From Verrucomicrobiota bacterium (GTDB lineage Bacteria > Verrucomicrobiota > Verrucomicrobiia > Limisphaerales > SIBH01), in assembly GCA_038205745.1 (NCBI GenBank), contig JBBRBM010000002.1, positions 2,761-66,760 of the forward strand: 64,000 nucleotides of DNA, written 5' to 3'. A model generated the notes under the pieces. That model was not told the DNA's origin, ran no database searches, and saw only the letters and a list, made by a program, of their open reading frames with translations. Positions 62,516 to 64,000 of this stretch are shown piece after piece (position 1 is the stretch's first letter; the number at the start of each line of letters is the position of its first letter). A program made the translations under genes and the position numbers.

Positions 62516-62647
62516 CTTGGCCCAAGATCCTCCGAGGACCATGTTGCGGCAAACGCCATCGAATCTGGCCGTCAGCCGCCACACTTCGGCTTTGCTCTGC
62601 GGTGAACAGGATGCTAGTGTCCTCGCGAACAACCTCGTTTCAAATCT

Positions 62648-64000
62648 ATGCGTGTCCATGCTTTTTTAGCAGCAGCGTTGGCTGTTTGTGTTCCCGGCTT
62701 CACTTCATTCGCGAGCGACACGCCGCCGGCGGCCGTGAGCAGCTTTACGGTTTCCAACGGTGTGAAGACGCTCAAATTCACCCCTTCGCCCGCCGTGGAT
62801 GCCTACAATGTTCGCTCGGCGAGTGTCGTGACGGATCAATTTACCAATGACACGACCGGCGTGATCAGCAACTTCACCTTCCGCGCGACGAACAGCGTGC
62901 CCATGAAATTTTACAGCGTGGCGGCCACGCCGATCAGCAGCAATGCGCTGTTAAATGCAAACCTGCTGAACCGTATCGCGTACGGCCCGACGCCGGATGA
63001 ACTGGAGCGTCTCGCTGCGATCGGGCCACAAGCGTACATCGCCGAGCAGCTCGCTCCCGAGGCGATCGCCGACACCTTTGATTCCTACGCGTCAGTCGCT
63101 CACACGACGAACGGGGTCCCGCCGAGCGGCATTCCGCAGTGGCGCAATGTGACGGTCACGGGAACATTTTCCGCTTCGAACCTTTACGTTTACATGCTTC
63201 AGGCAGGCAACGTTTACGTGGACGACATCGAATTGCGCCCGCTGACGAATTACTTGACGACGAACATCACGGCCACGACGACGAACGTCATCATCAACTA
63301 CGTCGCGGCGCAAAACATGATAACGGACAGTGATTTCGAAACCTCGGTATTGGGTCAGTTGTGGAGGACGAATTTCAACACGGTCAATTCAACCCTTAGC
63401 ACGGATTACGCGCATTCGGGCAGCCGCAGTCTGCGCCTGGTTTCCACCGCGGCCGCATCGACGCAGGGAGATTCGGTATGGCAATCGATGTCAAACCTCA
63501 CGTTCAACTTCAATGCGAGCACGCAGCGGTGTCAGTTGAGCTACTGGTATCTTGAAGCAACGAATTCCAGCAAGTTGAGGATTCGCCTGAGCGGCAATGG
63601 CGTCGTGAGTTCCGGCAGCGACACACCACCGCCGCCGACATGGCTTTACGCGACCGCAACGGGCAACGCGAACACCAGCCCGCAGATCTACATCTATCTG
63701 TCGGGAGCGGGCGACTGCTACATTGATGACATCAAGCTGGTGGCCGGCAGCGTGCCGGAAGCCGGCTCGAATATTCTGCGCAATGGCGACTTTGAGGCGC
63801 CCCTGACCACCAACAATTGGTTCGCCACGGGACAACATGCGAACTCATTCCTCAGCTCGAGCTTTTCCCATTCCGGCGGAGGCAGTCTCAAACTGATGTG
63901 TGCGACGGCCGGAAACGGCACCCTGTCGAACTCGGTGGCTCAAACAAACATCGGGGTCGCAAACAACTCCGCTTACACCGTGAGCTTTTGGTATTTGCCG
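62648..64000 (+). CDS. DUF1800-like exported protein with CBM4_9-like inserts, 3'-partial (runs off the window)
   Basis: This ORF is absent from the supplied track because it has no stop in the window. Hand translation from ATG 62648 gives 451 codons with no stop: MRVHAFLAAALAVCVPGFTSFA (signal), LLNRIAYGPTPDELERLAAIGPQAYIAEQL (DUF1800-like), and repeated ...YVDDIEL / ...YIDDIKL carbohydrate-binding-module-like units. Confidence 0.68.
   Translation, partial: MRVHAFLAAALAVCVPGFTSFASDTPPAAVSSFTVSNGVKTLKFTPSPAVDAYNVRSASVVTDQFTNDTTGVISNFTFRATNSVPMKFYSVAATPISSNALLNANLLNRIAYGPTPDELERLAAIGPQAYIAEQLAPEAIADTFDSYASVAHTTNGVPPSGIPQWRNVTVTGTFSASNLYVYMLQAGNVYVDDIELRPLTNYLTTNITATTTNVIINYVAAQNMITDSDFETSVLGQLWRTNFNTVNSTLSTDYAHSGSRSLRLVSTAAASTQGDSVWQSMSNLTFNFNASTQRCQLSYWYLEATNSSKLRIRLSGNGVVSSGSDTPPPPTWLYATATGNANTSPQIYIYLSGAGDCYIDDIKLVAGSVPEAGSNILRNGDFEAPLTTNNWFATGQHANSFLSSSFSHSGGGSLKLMCATAGNGTLSNSVAQTNIGVANNSAYTVSFWYLP

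Overview
This is a GC-rich bacterial chromosomal window. Its gene content suggests a PVC-superphylum, Verrucomicrobia-like genome (inference only): a Pirellula/Verrucomicrobium-type dehydrogenase-domain heme protein, DUF1800-like and DUF11 proteins, giant Ig/cadherin-like adhesins and many exported proteins. I call about 52 protein-coding genes, mostly housekeeping (aroF, shc, xylA, priA, thyA, folA, mutM, thrH, gpsA, plsY, thiH), plus a cell-surface/adhesin block and a multiheme-cytochrome block. I saw no rRNA, tRNA, CRISPR array, integrase or prophage. The main feature is a dense set of small palindromic repeats. (1) A REP-doublet (REPIN-like) family has arms ACGTGCCCCCGGCATCTTGCCGGG and its reverse complement. 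Nine copies are present; five lie inside CDSs without breaking the frame. (2) A second palindromic family is built on GGCGACAAGTCGCC. (3) Several heptanucleotide tandem or hairpin repeats occur. The key observation is an apparently intact REP-associated tyrosine transposase (RAYT, HUH/Y1) module flanked by two REP doublets. It sits in frame, with no stop codon, inside the replication-restart helicase gene priA, just upstream of the Walker A motif. Other items worth checking: a dtd 5' fragment fused to a paralogous adhesin C-terminal fragment; a single-chain type IIG/ISP-like restriction-modification gene plus an amidase between thyA and folA; an operon coupling a cNMP-binding/4x[4Fe-4S] protein to a membrane protein and a decaheme cytochrome; and an orphan minus-strand intrinsic terminator that may mark an sRNA. 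All functional calls come from motifs read by eye and recalled family knowledge. No database search was run.
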